The position numbers and the translations under genes were made by a program. DNA of 32,000 nt from Nanopusillaceae archaeon (GTDB lineage Archaea; Nanobdellota; Nanobdellia; Nanobdellales; Nanobdellaceae), in assembly GCA_049974095.1 (NCBI GenBank), contig JBMFJD010000007.1, positions 1 through 32,000 on the forward strand. Direction: 5' to 3'. The notes beneath the pieces were generated by a model. The model did not search any database. It saw nothing but the letters and a program-made list of their open reading frames with translations, and was not told the DNA's origin. This document shows positions 7,981 to 16,863 of the stretch, piece after piece. The stretch's first letter is position 1; each line of letters opens with the position of its first letter.

Positions 7981-7990
7981 TTTTATATTA
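7981..7990 (+). promoter_or_regulatory. candidate TATA box for the AOR gene (leaderless or near-leaderless transcript)
   Basis: TTTTATATTA is centred about 25 nt upstream of the ATG at 8010. TATA-like strings are abundant in this AT-rich DNA, so this is positional evidence only. Confidence 0.3.
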
Positions 7991-8009
7991 AAAAACAAAA
8001 TTAAATAAA

Positions 8010-9755
8010 ATGGAATATTATGGATATACAGGAAAGATTTTAAGAGTAAATCTAACAACAAAAAGAATATCTGTTGAAGAAATTGATGAAAATATTTTAA
8101 AAAAATGGATTGGAGGAAGGGGTTTGGGGGTATACTATTTTATAAAAGAAGTTAATCCTAAAATAAATCCTTTATCTGATGAAAATAAAATAATTATTTC
8201 TTCTGGTCCATTAACAGGAATTGCTGGAGCTCCAACTCCTGGTAGAATAGTAGTTGTATCAAAATCTCCTTTAACAAACAGATTAGGATGGAGTGTTGGA
8301 GGAGGAAAATTTGGTCCTTATTTAAAATTTTCAGGATATGATGCAATAATAATTGAAGGGAAATCTGAAGAACCTGTTTATATTTCAATAATAGATGGAA
8401 ATATAGAAATAAATAGCGCAAAAGATATATGGGGAAAAGATGTCGTAGAATCATATAACTATTTATTAAATAAATGTCCTGGATCTTCTATATTATTAAT
8501 TGGACCTGCTGGAGAAAATTTAGTAAAATATGCATCAATAAATATAGAAAGATATCATGCAGCTGGAAGATTGGGATTTGGCGCAGTTTTTGGATCTAAA
8601 AAATTAAAGGGTATTGTTGTAAAAGGAAATAATAAATTAAAGATATATAATGAAGGGGAATTTAGAAAAATTATGGGAGAGAAATTAGTAAAATTAAGAC
8701 AAAATGAATTAGTGCAAGATTTATCAAAATATGGTACATTAGGAATGCTAATAACAAGAATAGGAAAACATAATGCAATTCCTTCAAATAATTTTAACCA
8801 ATATATGAAAATAGATGCTGAAAAAATAAAAAACGATTTTTTAGAAAGAATTGACATAAAAGAATCTCCAAAGGAAGCTTGTTGGGGATGCCAAATAGGA
8901 TGTCACAAATATATTAGAACAAAAATAAAAGAATTATATGCAGAAGGAGGAGCCCCAGAATATTGGGGTGGTTTTGTTTCTTTAGGATCATCTTTAGGTA
9001 TTGATGATACAGATTTTATAATATATGTAAAAAATTTAACGGATAAATTAGGATTAGATACGATTTCTACAGGTCATGTAATTTCATCTTTTATTGAATT
9101 AGTTCAAAATAAAAGAATAAATTATGATATAAAGTGGGGAGATAAAGAAAAGATAATTGAATTAATAAGAAAAATTGTATATAGAGAAGATATTGGAAAT
9201 GAATTGGCAGAAGGATCCGTTTATTTAGCAAATAAATATGGGAATCCTAAAGTGTCTGTTAGTATAAAAGGATTAGAAATTGGATTATGTCATCCAGGTT
9301 CTGCAATAGGATATAGATTAGCATTGGCTACATCAAATAGAGGAGATCATAATCAAACAATGTTAAGAGATGAAATATTATTGAATAAATTAGATCCTGA
9401 GAAAAAAGAAGGAAAAGTAGATTATGTAATACATATGCAGAATTTATTTGCAATAATAGATTCATTGGGAATATGTATATTTTCATCTTACGCATTAGAT
9501 TTTGAAGATTTATTAGAATACTATAATGCAATAACAGGATTTAACTTATCTTTAGAAGAATTTAAAAAAGCAGCTGAAAGAATTTATACTGCAGAAAGAT
9601 ATTTCAATGTATTATCTTTGGGATATGAAGAAGACAAATTACCATCGAAATTTAATTATGATATAAGTGATTTATTAAAAGAATATTATGAAAAAAGAGG
9701 ATGGGAAAATGGAATACCAAAAAAAGAAAAATTAAAAGAGCTAAAAATAATATAG
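8010..9755 (+). CDS. aor: aldehyde:ferredoxin oxidoreductase family (tungstopterin enzyme)
   Basis: Characteristic N-terminus YGYTGKILRVNLTT..I..E. Family-wide similarity over 581 aa. [4Fe-4S] motif C-x2-C-x3-C (ACWGCQIGCHKY) plus a distal Cys (GICIFSS). Confidence 0.92.
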   Translation: MEYYGYTGKILRVNLTTKRISVEEIDENILKKWIGGRGLGVYYFIKEVNPKINPLSDENKIIISSGPLTGIAGAPTPGRIVVVSKSPLTNRLGWSVGGGKFGPYLKFSGYDAIIIEGKSEEPVYISIIDGNIEINSAKDIWGKDVVESYNYLLNKCPGSSILLIGPAGENLVKYASINIERYHAAGRLGFGAVFGSKKLKGIVVKGNNKLKIYNEGEFRKIMGEKLVKLRQNELVQDLSKYGTLGMLITRIGKHNAIPSNNFNQYMKIDAEKIKNDFLERIDIKESPKEACWGCQIGCHKYIRTKIKELYAEGGAPEYWGGFVSLGSSLGIDDTDFIIYVKNLTDKLGLDTISTGHVISSFIELVQNKRINYDIKWGDKEKIIELIRKIVYREDIGNELAEGSVYLANKYGNPKVSVSIKGLEIGLCHPGSAIGYRLALATSNRGDHNQTMLRDEILLNKLDPEKKEGKVDYVIHMQNLFAIIDSLGICIFSSYALDFEDLLEYYNAITGFNLSLEEFKKAAERIYTAERYFNVLSLGYEEDKLPSKFNYDISDLLKEYYEKRGWENGIPKKEKLKELKII

Positions 9756-10697
9756 TTACAAATATCCAATATATCCTGGAATCCTTGGAAATGGTTGTAC
9801 TTGTGCTATATGATCACTCTTTGTAATCCATCTTAATAATCTTTCTACTCCAATACCACCACCAGCTGAAGGAATTAGTTTTCCTTCTCTTGCCAATTCT
9901 AATAAATATTTATAATTTTCTATATTTACACCATCTCTCTTCATTTTATACAATATTTTATTATAATCATATTCTCTTTCTGCTCCAGATAATACTTCTC
10001 CATATCCATCTGGTAGTATAAGATCATAGTTCCTCCATTCTTTATTTTCAATATCTTCAAAATCATAGAATTCTCTTGGAAGATCAGTAACCCATACTGG
10101 ATCTATAGATTCTCTAGATATCTTATCTTCCCAATCTTCTCCATATTTTTCCTCCAATTCTTTCCTTTTATATACTTTAAATGGTTTTTCTGGTATTCTC
10201 AATTTTATTCCCAATTTCTCAAATTCTTCTTTATATTCTCTTTTCAAATATTCTAGTGTAGAAACTAATATATCTTCTACCAATCCAAATATTTGTTCCC
10301 TTTTTCCATATGCTACTTCAAAATCTAACTGTGTAAATTCATATGCATGTTTTCCTGTATATGCTCTTTCTCTTTTCTCTATTCTTATATTTGGAGACAA
10401 TATAAATATTTTTTCATATCCTGCTGCCATTAATACTTGTTTATGTACTATCATACTTTGCATTGTTCTTACTTTTTCTCCATATATTTCTATTTCTATT
10501 CTTTTTTCTATACTTGCTCCTGGATCTGGCCATAATGGATCTGTAGTTTTTCCTAGTACTACTGGCAGAAGCCAATAAAATCCTCTATTAGTAAATTCTT
10601 CCGTTAGTTTTTTCAAAAGCCCTGTTCCAATCTTTAGAACTGCTCTCTTTCTCCCACTACTTAATTCCTCAAAACTCAAAAGTTTATCTAAAGACAT
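9756..10697 (-). CDS. asnA: archaeal asparagine synthetase A-like protein (class II AsnRS/AspRS catalytic core without anticodon-binding domain)
   Basis: Class II aaRS motifs with no OB-fold N-domain: RGFYWLLPVVL..TDPLWPDP, YEFTQLDFEV, NYDLILPDGYGEVLSGAERE, SAGGGIGVERLLRW and QPFPRIPG. Close by eye to the Pyrococcus AsnRS-paralogue asparagine synthetase. Confidence 0.8.
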   Translation of the reverse strand: MSLDKLLSFEELSSGRKRAVLKIGTGLLKKLTEEFTNRGFYWLLPVVLGKTTDPLWPDPGASIEKRIEIEIYGEKVRTMQSMIVHKQVLMAAGYEKIFILSPNIRIEKRERAYTGKHAYEFTQLDFEVAYGKREQIFGLVEDILVSTLEYLKREYKEEFEKLGIKLRIPEKPFKVYKRKELEEKYGEDWEDKISRESIDPVWVTDLPREFYDFEDIENKEWRNYDLILPDGYGEVLSGAEREYDYNKILYKMKRDGVNIENYKYLLELAREGKLIPSAGGGIGVERLLRWITKSDHIAQVQPFPRIPGYIGYL

Positions 10698-10774
10698 TCC
10701 GACGATCCATAAGAAAGAATAGTATAATTATACTTTTTTAAATATTTATATTGCTTAGAGATCTATAATAAAAA

Positions 10775-11356
10775 ATGCTGGTAGAAGGTTTTGAGTTACT
10801 TCAAAAATATGGAATAAATATTTCAAAATATTGGGTTAATGAAATACCATTGCATGTGAATTTTCCATTAGTAGTAAAAGCAGATTTAAATCATAAAACA
10901 GATGTAGGAGCAGTAAGATTAAATATAAATGACTATTCAGAGTTAAAATACTATTTTGAAAAATTTAAAGAAAAATTTAATACGAATATAATTATCCAAG
11001 AACAGATAACTGGAGATTATACTGAAATGATAATTGGGATAAAATATGATATTACTTTTGGAGATATATGTTTAGTAGGAATTGGAGGAATATATACAGA
11101 ATTAATTAAAGATTTTATTATTTTATCATTACCATTTGATATTGAAATACTAAAGAATAGATTAAAAGAATTAAAATTTTATAAAATATTGGAAGGATAT
11201 AGAAATAAACCAAAAGTAAATATAGAAATTTTATATGATGATATTATGAAATTATATGGAATATATAAAAATGAAAATTTAAAAGAAATAGAAATAAATC
11301 CTTTACTAATAAATGATAAAAACTCTTTTGCAGTAGATATTAGATTTTTAAGATAA
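10775..11356 (+). CDS. acdB: ADP-forming acetyl-CoA synthetase (ACD) beta-subunit-like ATP-grasp protein
   Basis: LLQKYGI......PLVVKADLNHKTDVGAVRLNI, IIGIKYD..FG....GIGGIYTELIKD, GYRNKPKVNIE and EINPL...D....AVD follow the ACD beta (ATP-grasp_5) pattern, including the HK(S/T)D histidine. Confidence 0.7.
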   Translation: MLVEGFELLQKYGINISKYWVNEIPLHVNFPLVVKADLNHKTDVGAVRLNINDYSELKYYFEKFKEKFNTNIIIQEQITGDYTEMIIGIKYDITFGDICLVGIGGIYTELIKDFIILSLPFDIEILKNRLKELKFYKILEGYRNKPKVNIEILYDDIMKLYGIYKNENLKEIEINPLLINDKNSFAVDIRFLR

Positions 11357-12238
11357 ATTCATTTTATCTTTATTTTCTAATACCTGTAAGAAATTTTCCT
11401 CAAATTTTATTAATCCATCAACCATATTATATATTTTATTATATATTTTTACTATTCCTAGATCTTTATTATAATTACTTGGAGAAAAATCTAATTCATT
11501 ATCATATTCTCTTGAAGATCTTTCATGCAACATTAATATACCAGATAAAATCAGAATATTTCCAAATATATTTAAATTATCTTTATTTTTTCCCAATTCT
11601 TTTTTAATTAAAGATTTAAATAATCCTGTATTTACCATACTTTTATATTGTCCTCCTAATTTACTAAATAAATTCATAGCCAAATTTACATAACTTTCTA
11701 AAACTTCTTCAGACATTTGATATTTATTTATATTTTCATTTAATTCAAATAATCTGTTTAGTTCTTCCTCACTATATCTTACAATATTTTTTCTTTCATT
11801 TTTGTCTTTTATCTTATCTAAAAATTCATCTATTTTTTTCTTATATTCATCAAAATCTTTCTTAAATTGTCTTTTATTTTCTTCATTTAATAATAATTCA
11901 AAGAATTTTGAATTTTGTTCTATTAATTTTTTCATTTTGCTAAACATTTTATTTTTATTTATAAATTCCTCAAAAGAATTATATTTCTTATCTTTTATAT
12001 CTTTTAATTTTAATAATGAAAATAAAATAGATAATGATTTAACAGAAGAAAATAATGATTGATCTAGATAATATATTGCCATATTATAATTTCCTTTACT
12101 ATATTCACTTTTTGAATTATCTAAATCTTTTTTTGAACTTTCAATTAATTCTTTTGAATAATCTATATTTTCTTTTGGTATTTCTTTAAACCAAGATGCT
12201 CCAGAGAATGCTTTTGCTAGATCAAATATTCCAACCAT
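11348..12238 (-). CDS. hypothetical protein (296 aa), predicted all-helical, Lys/Glu/Asn-rich
   Basis: Long ORF. The only antisense ORF (11802..12062 +) is a low-complexity shadow. No confident domain; see the rejected HEPN idea. Confidence 0.65.
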   Translation of the reverse strand: MVGIFDLAKAFSGASWFKEIPKENIDYSKELIESSKKDLDNSKSEYSKGNYNMAIYYLDQSLFSSVKSLSILFSLLKLKDIKDKKYNSFEEFINKNKMFSKMKKLIEQNSKFFELLLNEENKRQFKKDFDEYKKKIDEFLDKIKDKNERKNIVRYSEEELNRLFELNENINKYQMSEEVLESYVNLAMNLFSKLGGQYKSMVNTGLFKSLIKKELGKNKDNLNIFGNILILSGILMLHERSSREYDNELDFSPSNYNKDLGIVKIYNKIYNMVDGLIKFEENFLQVLENKDKMNLS

Positions 12239-12253
12239 TATTTATAGGTAATA

Positions 12254-13462
12254 TCAAGATTTAAGAATCTCTAATAATATTTTCATATCATTTAATAAAT
12301 CATCTATTATTATATATTCATTTGGCATATGTGCACTTTCATTATATGTACTCCATACAATTGCGTTCAATCCTTTTTCTCTTAGATATTTAGCATAAGT
12401 ACCACCTCCAATACCAACAATTTTTGCTTCTTTTCCCTTATATTTTTTTATTAATTCTTTTAATTTATTTAGAAATTCATTATTATCTATATTTTCTAAG
12501 ATTGATGGATAATCTTTATTTACAACCTCTATTTGAACTTTACAATTATAATTCCTCTCAAATTCTTTACATATATATTTTACAGTGTCATATACTTCAT
12601 TCAAATTATAATCTGGTAATATCCTACAATCATAGTAAAATACAAATTCTCCAGGTATTGTATTTACATTATCTATATTTTTCTCTACTTTTGTTGGCTC
12701 AAATGTAGATTTGGATGGATTAAATAAATTATTTTCCTTATTATATTTTGAGTGTAATGCATCATATAATTCTAATATTAACATAGAACCCAATTTTGTA
12801 GAATTTATTCCTAGATCTGGAGTACTAGCATGAACCTGCTTTCCGATTACTTTGAATTTTAACCACAATATTCCTTTTTCAGCAATTTCTATTTCTAATC
12901 CATCTTCACTTCCAGCATCAGGAACAAGAATCCAATCTTCTTTTCTAAATAAATTATCATATTTCTCTACTATATACCTTAAACCATATTTACTTCCAGT
13001 TTCTTCATCAGATGCTAATATTAGTCCATAATTAATTTCTGGAACAATATTGTTCTCTTTTAATATCTTAGCTAATATTATACCCAAAACAATTCCATTT
13101 CCATTATCCTGTACTCCTCTTCCATATATTTTATTTCCCTCTACTGTAACATTAAATGGATTATATTTCCACAATTCTCTACTTCCTTCTGGAACGGTAT
13201 CTATATGAGCAATAATCCAAAATGTTCTATTTTTGTTTTTTCCATATTTTATTGCAATTATATTTGGTCTAGATTTCTCTTTTACCCTTTCATCTGAAAC
13301 CTCTATTATTTTTATATCATCAAATAAATCTTTTATTATTTCCAATAAAACTTTAGCTCTTTCCCATTCACCTTCTCCATTGCTTTCCGGAGAAATTGCT
13401 TTTACAGGAATAAATTTTTTGTATAATTCTATAATATCTTCTCTATATTTTTCTAAATTCAT
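12254..13462 (-). CDS. M20-family metallopeptidase (ArgE/DapE/LysK-type deacylase)
   Basis: Metal-ligand motifs AHIDTVPEG, GRGVQDNGNG and SDEETGS, plus the typical M20 length (402 aa) and dimerisation-domain region. Confidence 0.85.
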   Translation of the reverse strand: MNLEKYREDIIELYKKFIPVKAISPESNGEGEWERAKVLLEIIKDLFDDIKIIEVSDERVKEKSRPNIIAIKYGKNKNRTFWIIAHIDTVPEGSRELWKYNPFNVTVEGNKIYGRGVQDNGNGIVLGIILAKILKENNIVPEINYGLILASDEETGSKYGLRYIVEKYDNLFRKEDWILVPDAGSEDGLEIEIAEKGILWLKFKVIGKQVHASTPDLGINSTKLGSMLILELYDALHSKYNKENNLFNPSKSTFEPTKVEKNIDNVNTIPGEFVFYYDCRILPDYNLNEVYDTVKYICKEFERNYNCKVQIEVVNKDYPSILENIDNNEFLNKLKELIKKYKGKEAKIVGIGGGTYAKYLREKGLNAIVWSTYNESAHMPNEYIIIDDLLNDMKILLEILKS

Positions 13463-13481
13463 AAATTCATAGATGTAAATA

Positions 13482-14066
13482 ATGTTTATGAGTGTTTTAT
13501 TAGGAGAAAATGCAAAAAATTTTGTAGAAGAATATGTAAAAATAAATCCTGCAGGAATAGATATAAAACCTAAAAAGATATATAAAATACCAGAAAAGGA
13601 GATAAAATATATATTAATTGATGGTGATAAAAGAGGATATTTTTTTAATTTAAATATAGAAGATTATGAAGAATTATTTGAAATAACAATAGATGAAAAT
13701 AAAAGAAAGAAAATATTAGAAGAATCTTTTAGAAAGATCCCAGATTCTTTTATTGAAATAAAACCAAAAGGAGATTATTGGATATTAAATAAAGGACTGT
13801 ATTATGTAATATTTCCAAAGGTAAAAATACCAAAAGATTTTATTGCAATAGCATTTCCAAGAAGTACTTTTAATAGATTAGGAATATTAAAATTTGAATC
13901 TGCTTTATTTGATCCTGGATATGAAGGGGAATTTACACAGACATATTATTTCCCAATTAAGGCAAAAATAAATATAAATGAGGCATGGATACAATTAGTA
14001 TTTTTTAAATTAGAAGGAGAAGTAAAAGAAGGATATAAAGGATATTGGCATGGAGAAAAATATTGA
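13482..14066 (+). CDS. dCTP deaminase/dUTPase-fold protein
   Basis: Core motif FPRSTFNRLGIL.....LFDPGYEGEF...Y, followed by W.QLVFFKL and a C-terminal YKGYWHG. This matches the trimeric dUTPase/Dcd family pattern (RSS.aRlG...D.GY.G). Confidence 0.7.
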   Translation: MFMSVLLGENAKNFVEEYVKINPAGIDIKPKKIYKIPEKEIKYILIDGDKRGYFFNLNIEDYEELFEITIDENKRKKILEESFRKIPDSFIEIKPKGDYWILNKGLYYVIFPKVKIPKDFIAIAFPRSTFNRLGILKFESALFDPGYEGEFTQTYYFPIKAKININEAWIQLVFFKLEGEVKEGYKGYWHGEKY

Positions 14067-14580
14067 AATAGCTGAAAATTTATTTTATTTTTTAATTTTT
14101 ATTTTATATTATTTTATATTAAATCTTATATTTCTTCTTATACCTGCTTCATCATTTTATTTTATTTTTGGTCTATTATTAAATTTTCTCTTATTTATAT
14201 CTTTTTATTTCTTATATAAAATAAATAATGATAAAAACTTTATTATTATACCAATTTCTCTTTTTTCTCTTTTAATTATCTCTTATATATCTTTATATTC
14301 TTCTTCTTATTATTTTTTGACTTTTATTAATTATTTATATGGTTTTTTATTTTTTCTTCTATTTTATTATTTCTATAAAAAATTCATTAAAATAATTGAA
14401 TATACAAAAATTAAAAAACAATTTATTATCTTTCTTATCTTTTCAGCATTAACAATTTATCCACTTTTCCCTGATTATATTTACTTAATCTATTTTATTT
14501 ATTCTTCAATAATTTTTCTTTTATTTTCAAAAAGGATATATAATATAATACAGAAAATTACTTATTCCCAAACTTTTTAA
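14050..14580 (+). CDS. hypothetical polytopic membrane protein (176 aa)
   Basis: 176 codons open with no competitor on the other strand. About five Phe/Tyr/Ile/Leu-rich hydrophobic segments. Overlaps the upstream gene by 17 nt and the convergent SPFH gene by 23 nt. Confidence 0.5.
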   Translation: MEKNIEIAENLFYFLIFILYYFILNLIFLLIPASSFYFIFGLLLNFLLFISFYFLYKINNDKNFIIIPISLFSLLIISYISLYSSSYYFLTFINYLYGFLFFLLFYYFYKKFIKIIEYTKIKKQFIIFLIFSALTIYPLFPDYIYLIYFIYSSIIFLLFSKRIYNIIQKITYSQTF

Positions 14581-15406
14581 ATAAATCAAATATTTCAGGA
14601 GGTACTACTACTATTTTTTCATTTTGGCTATTTCTCAATATTTCTAAAAATCTTAATGTAATACCATATTTTGCTTCTTCTAATATTTCTGCAGCTTTTT
14701 TATAATTTTCTGCTGCCTGTAATTCTCCCTGAGATTCTATTACTTTTGCTTGTGACAACCCCTGTGCTCTTAGTATTTCTGCATCTCTTTGTCTTTCAGC
14801 AATTGCTTTTTGTGTTAATGCGGCTAATATTTCATCAGGAACCACTATATCTTGTATTTTTATTGATTCAATTATTATCCCCCAATCTTTTGTTTCTTCT
14901 TGTATTATTCTCTTTAATTCTTCTCCAATTTCTTCTCTTTTTTGTAATATATCATTTAAATTATATTTTCCAAATACATCTCTCAAATTTGTTTGAGCAT
15001 AATTTAATATTGCACTTGGTAAATCTCTTATATTCATTATTACTTTTCCCGGATCTATTACTCTATAAAATACAGTGCTTTTCACCTTTACATTTACATT
15101 ATCTGCAGTTAATAGTGTTTGCTCAGGTAATTCAAAATTAATTAATCTCATATCTACTTTTATTATTTTTTGAAAACCTGGTAAAATATAAATTAATCCT
15201 CCAGATAAAACTCCAGAATAATATCCTAGTGTAAATACTACTGCTTTTTCATAATTATATATTACTCTAATTCCAATTAACGCATATATTAACAGTATAA
15301 TCCCTAAAAAAATACCTACAATCTTTAAAAACAATATTAGTAGTATAGAAGATAATAATAAGATAAAAAATATAGACCATTGTCTAGCATTGCTATATTC
15401 ACTCAT
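14558..15406 (-). CDS. SPFH/band-7 (stomatin/slipin-like) membrane protein
   Basis: N-terminal TM region, then YEKAVVFTLG...L.GGLIYILPGFQKIIKVDMR, TADNV.V.V...V.YRV.DP, and an Ala/Glu/Gln-rich coiled coil (AIAERQRDAEILRAQG). Confidence 0.88.
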   Translation of the reverse strand: MSEYSNARQWSIFFILLLSSILLILFLKIVGIFLGIILLIYALIGIRVIYNYEKAVVFTLGYYSGVLSGGLIYILPGFQKIIKVDMRLINFELPEQTLLTADNVNVKVKSTVFYRVIDPGKVIMNIRDLPSAILNYAQTNLRDVFGKYNLNDILQKREEIGEELKRIIQEETKDWGIIIESIKIQDIVVPDEILAALTQKAIAERQRDAEILRAQGLSQAKVIESQGELQAAENYKKAAEILEEAKYGITLRFLEILRNSQNEKIVVVPPEIFDLFKKFGNK

Positions 15407-15445
15407 AAATTTGGTTTATAAATAAATCTTTAAAAGATATCTTTT

Positions 15446-15709
15446 ATGGAAGTTAAAAGAAAATTAGAAAATCAAATAGATCAAATATATGAAATTATAA
15501 AACCATATTTAACAAGAGAAGCATTAGATAGATTAACAAATATAAAACTTGTATACCCAGATAAATTTGCTCAAGCAGTTTTAATTATATATCAAAATAT
15601 ACAAACTGGAAAAATAAGAATTGTTGATGAAAGATTATTAAAAAATATATTAGAAAGATTAAGTGAAAATGAAAAAAGAGAAACAAAAATAAAATTTATA
15701 CATAGATAG
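15446..15709 (+). CDS. PDCD5/TFAR19-like dsDNA-binding protein (archaeal DNA-binding protein family)
   Basis: L..EALDRLTNIKLVYPDKFAQAV..IYQNIQTGKI..VDE..LKNILERL matches the PF01984-type pattern as I recall it. Confidence 0.75.
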   Translation: MEVKRKLENQIDQIYEIIKPYLTREALDRLTNIKLVYPDKFAQAVLIIYQNIQTGKIRIVDERLLKNILERLSENEKRETKIKFIHR

Positions 15710-16837
15710 CTAATTTAACATCTTTTCCGAATGCTGTAGTTTTTCTGGTAAATATTTCTCTGCTACAAATTCTAATGAATGTCTAGCTAATGCATCTTGT
15801 TCTGCTTTTACTCCTAAATCTAGCATTTTCTTAAATTGTTTTTGCCATTCTCTAGATTTCTTAAACCATGGATAATTCGTTAATTCATTTAATCTTTTTA
15901 TATCTTTTTGATTTAATTTAATTACAGCTTTTGTTTTTAATAGATCATATTCTTCTATATCGTCAACAGTTAATCCAATAAATTTTGCATCTGGAGTAGC
16001 CAATAGTGGAGAAAATTGAGATAATTTCATAGAACCTCTTTTAATTACAGAATAAATATAAAATCCCCATGGATCTGCATCTGTAAATATATATACAGGT
16101 AATTTCTTTTCATATCTTAATCTATGTATTAATCTTCTAACTCCTCTTGGTGGTTGTCCTTTTCCATGTACTAATATTGCTCTATATTTTTCTGGAAATC
16201 TTTCTTCAATTAATCTATCAAATAATGCCTCCTTTTCAACATGTAATACAAAATCTGCATTTACTTCAACAATTTCAATATCTTCAATTGTAGATGGAAC
16301 ACTCCATCCACCTCTTCCCAATCTTGAACAATTCCATTCATCTCCTCTTTTTTTATCTCTTAATACAATATCACCATATATTGCTCCTCTTCCTTCTGCT
16401 TTTATATGAAATTGTTCTCTTATTGCCCTTATTGTTCTTTCTAAATCTTCAATTACAGCATCAGATTCGCTTTGATCTTCAAATGTTTCAACATTTAGAA
16501 TATTTATTGTATGCTTTAATTGATAAAATACTTCTCTTAAGCTTGCTGTTTTTCCAGTTTCTACTAATCTTTTTGCTAAATTTGCAACTAATATTGTTTG
16601 AGCAAATTTTCTTACATGGCCCAAATTTAAAAATTCTCTTTTACCTATTTTTTCTTTTAATAATATTAAATCCTTTTTTTCATCATATTGTATATTTTTA
16701 ATATTACCTCTAACAGCAAACTCTATAGAAGGATTTTCATTTTCGAATTCATTATAAATTTTTTCTCCTAAATCTTTTATTCTTTTTACTATTTCTTCAT
16801 CAGATATTTTCTCATAATATTCACCATATTCTACCAT
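15710..16837 (-). CDS. top6A: DNA topoisomerase VI subunit A (Spo11 homologue)
   Basis: LREVFYQLKH carries the catalytic Tyr context. Toprim region HVEKEALF and VYIFTDADPWGFYIY. Lies directly downstream of top6B. Confidence 0.95.
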   Translation of the reverse strand: MVEYGEYYEKISDEEIVKRIKDLGEKIYNEFENENPSIEFAVRGNIKNIQYDEKKDLILLKEKIGKREFLNLGHVRKFAQTILVANLAKRLVETGKTASLREVFYQLKHTINILNVETFEDQSESDAVIEDLERTIRAIREQFHIKAEGRGAIYGDIVLRDKKRGDEWNCSRLGRGGWSVPSTIEDIEIVEVNADFVLHVEKEALFDRLIEERFPEKYRAILVHGKGQPPRGVRRLIHRLRYEKKLPVYIFTDADPWGFYIYSVIKRGSMKLSQFSPLLATPDAKFIGLTVDDIEEYDLLKTKAVIKLNQKDIKRLNELTNYPWFKKSREWQKQFKKMLDLGVKAEQDALARHSLEFVAEKYLPEKLQHSEKMLN

Positions 16838-16863
16838 TATATTTATATCTTTCTTTATATTTA

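Noticed and set aside
11348-12238. HEPN-like reading of the 296-aa helical protein. The N-terminal KDLDNSKSEYSKGNYNMAIYYLDQSLFSSVKSL resembles the first HEPN helices.
   Set aside because: No R-x4-6-H catalytic motif in the right order (only HERSSREY). The protein is more than twice the HEPN domain length. The resemblance may reflect generic helical Lys/Glu/Asn-rich composition.
14671-15141. 156-aa plus-strand ORF antisense to the SPFH gene. Likewise 16294-16701(+), 16923-17198(+), 18560-18820(+), 19759-19962(+), 22155-22352(+), 23055-23285(-), 24442-24735(+), 27052-27288(-), 28171-28521(-), 29414-29605(+), 30841-31041(+).
   Set aside because: Shadow ORFs opposite confidently identified genes (SPFH, top6A, top6B, KH, OFOR beta, uppP, GH1, ThiI, MBL, AGOG, enolase). 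Composition is dominated by Leu/Phe/Ile/His/Gln repeats.
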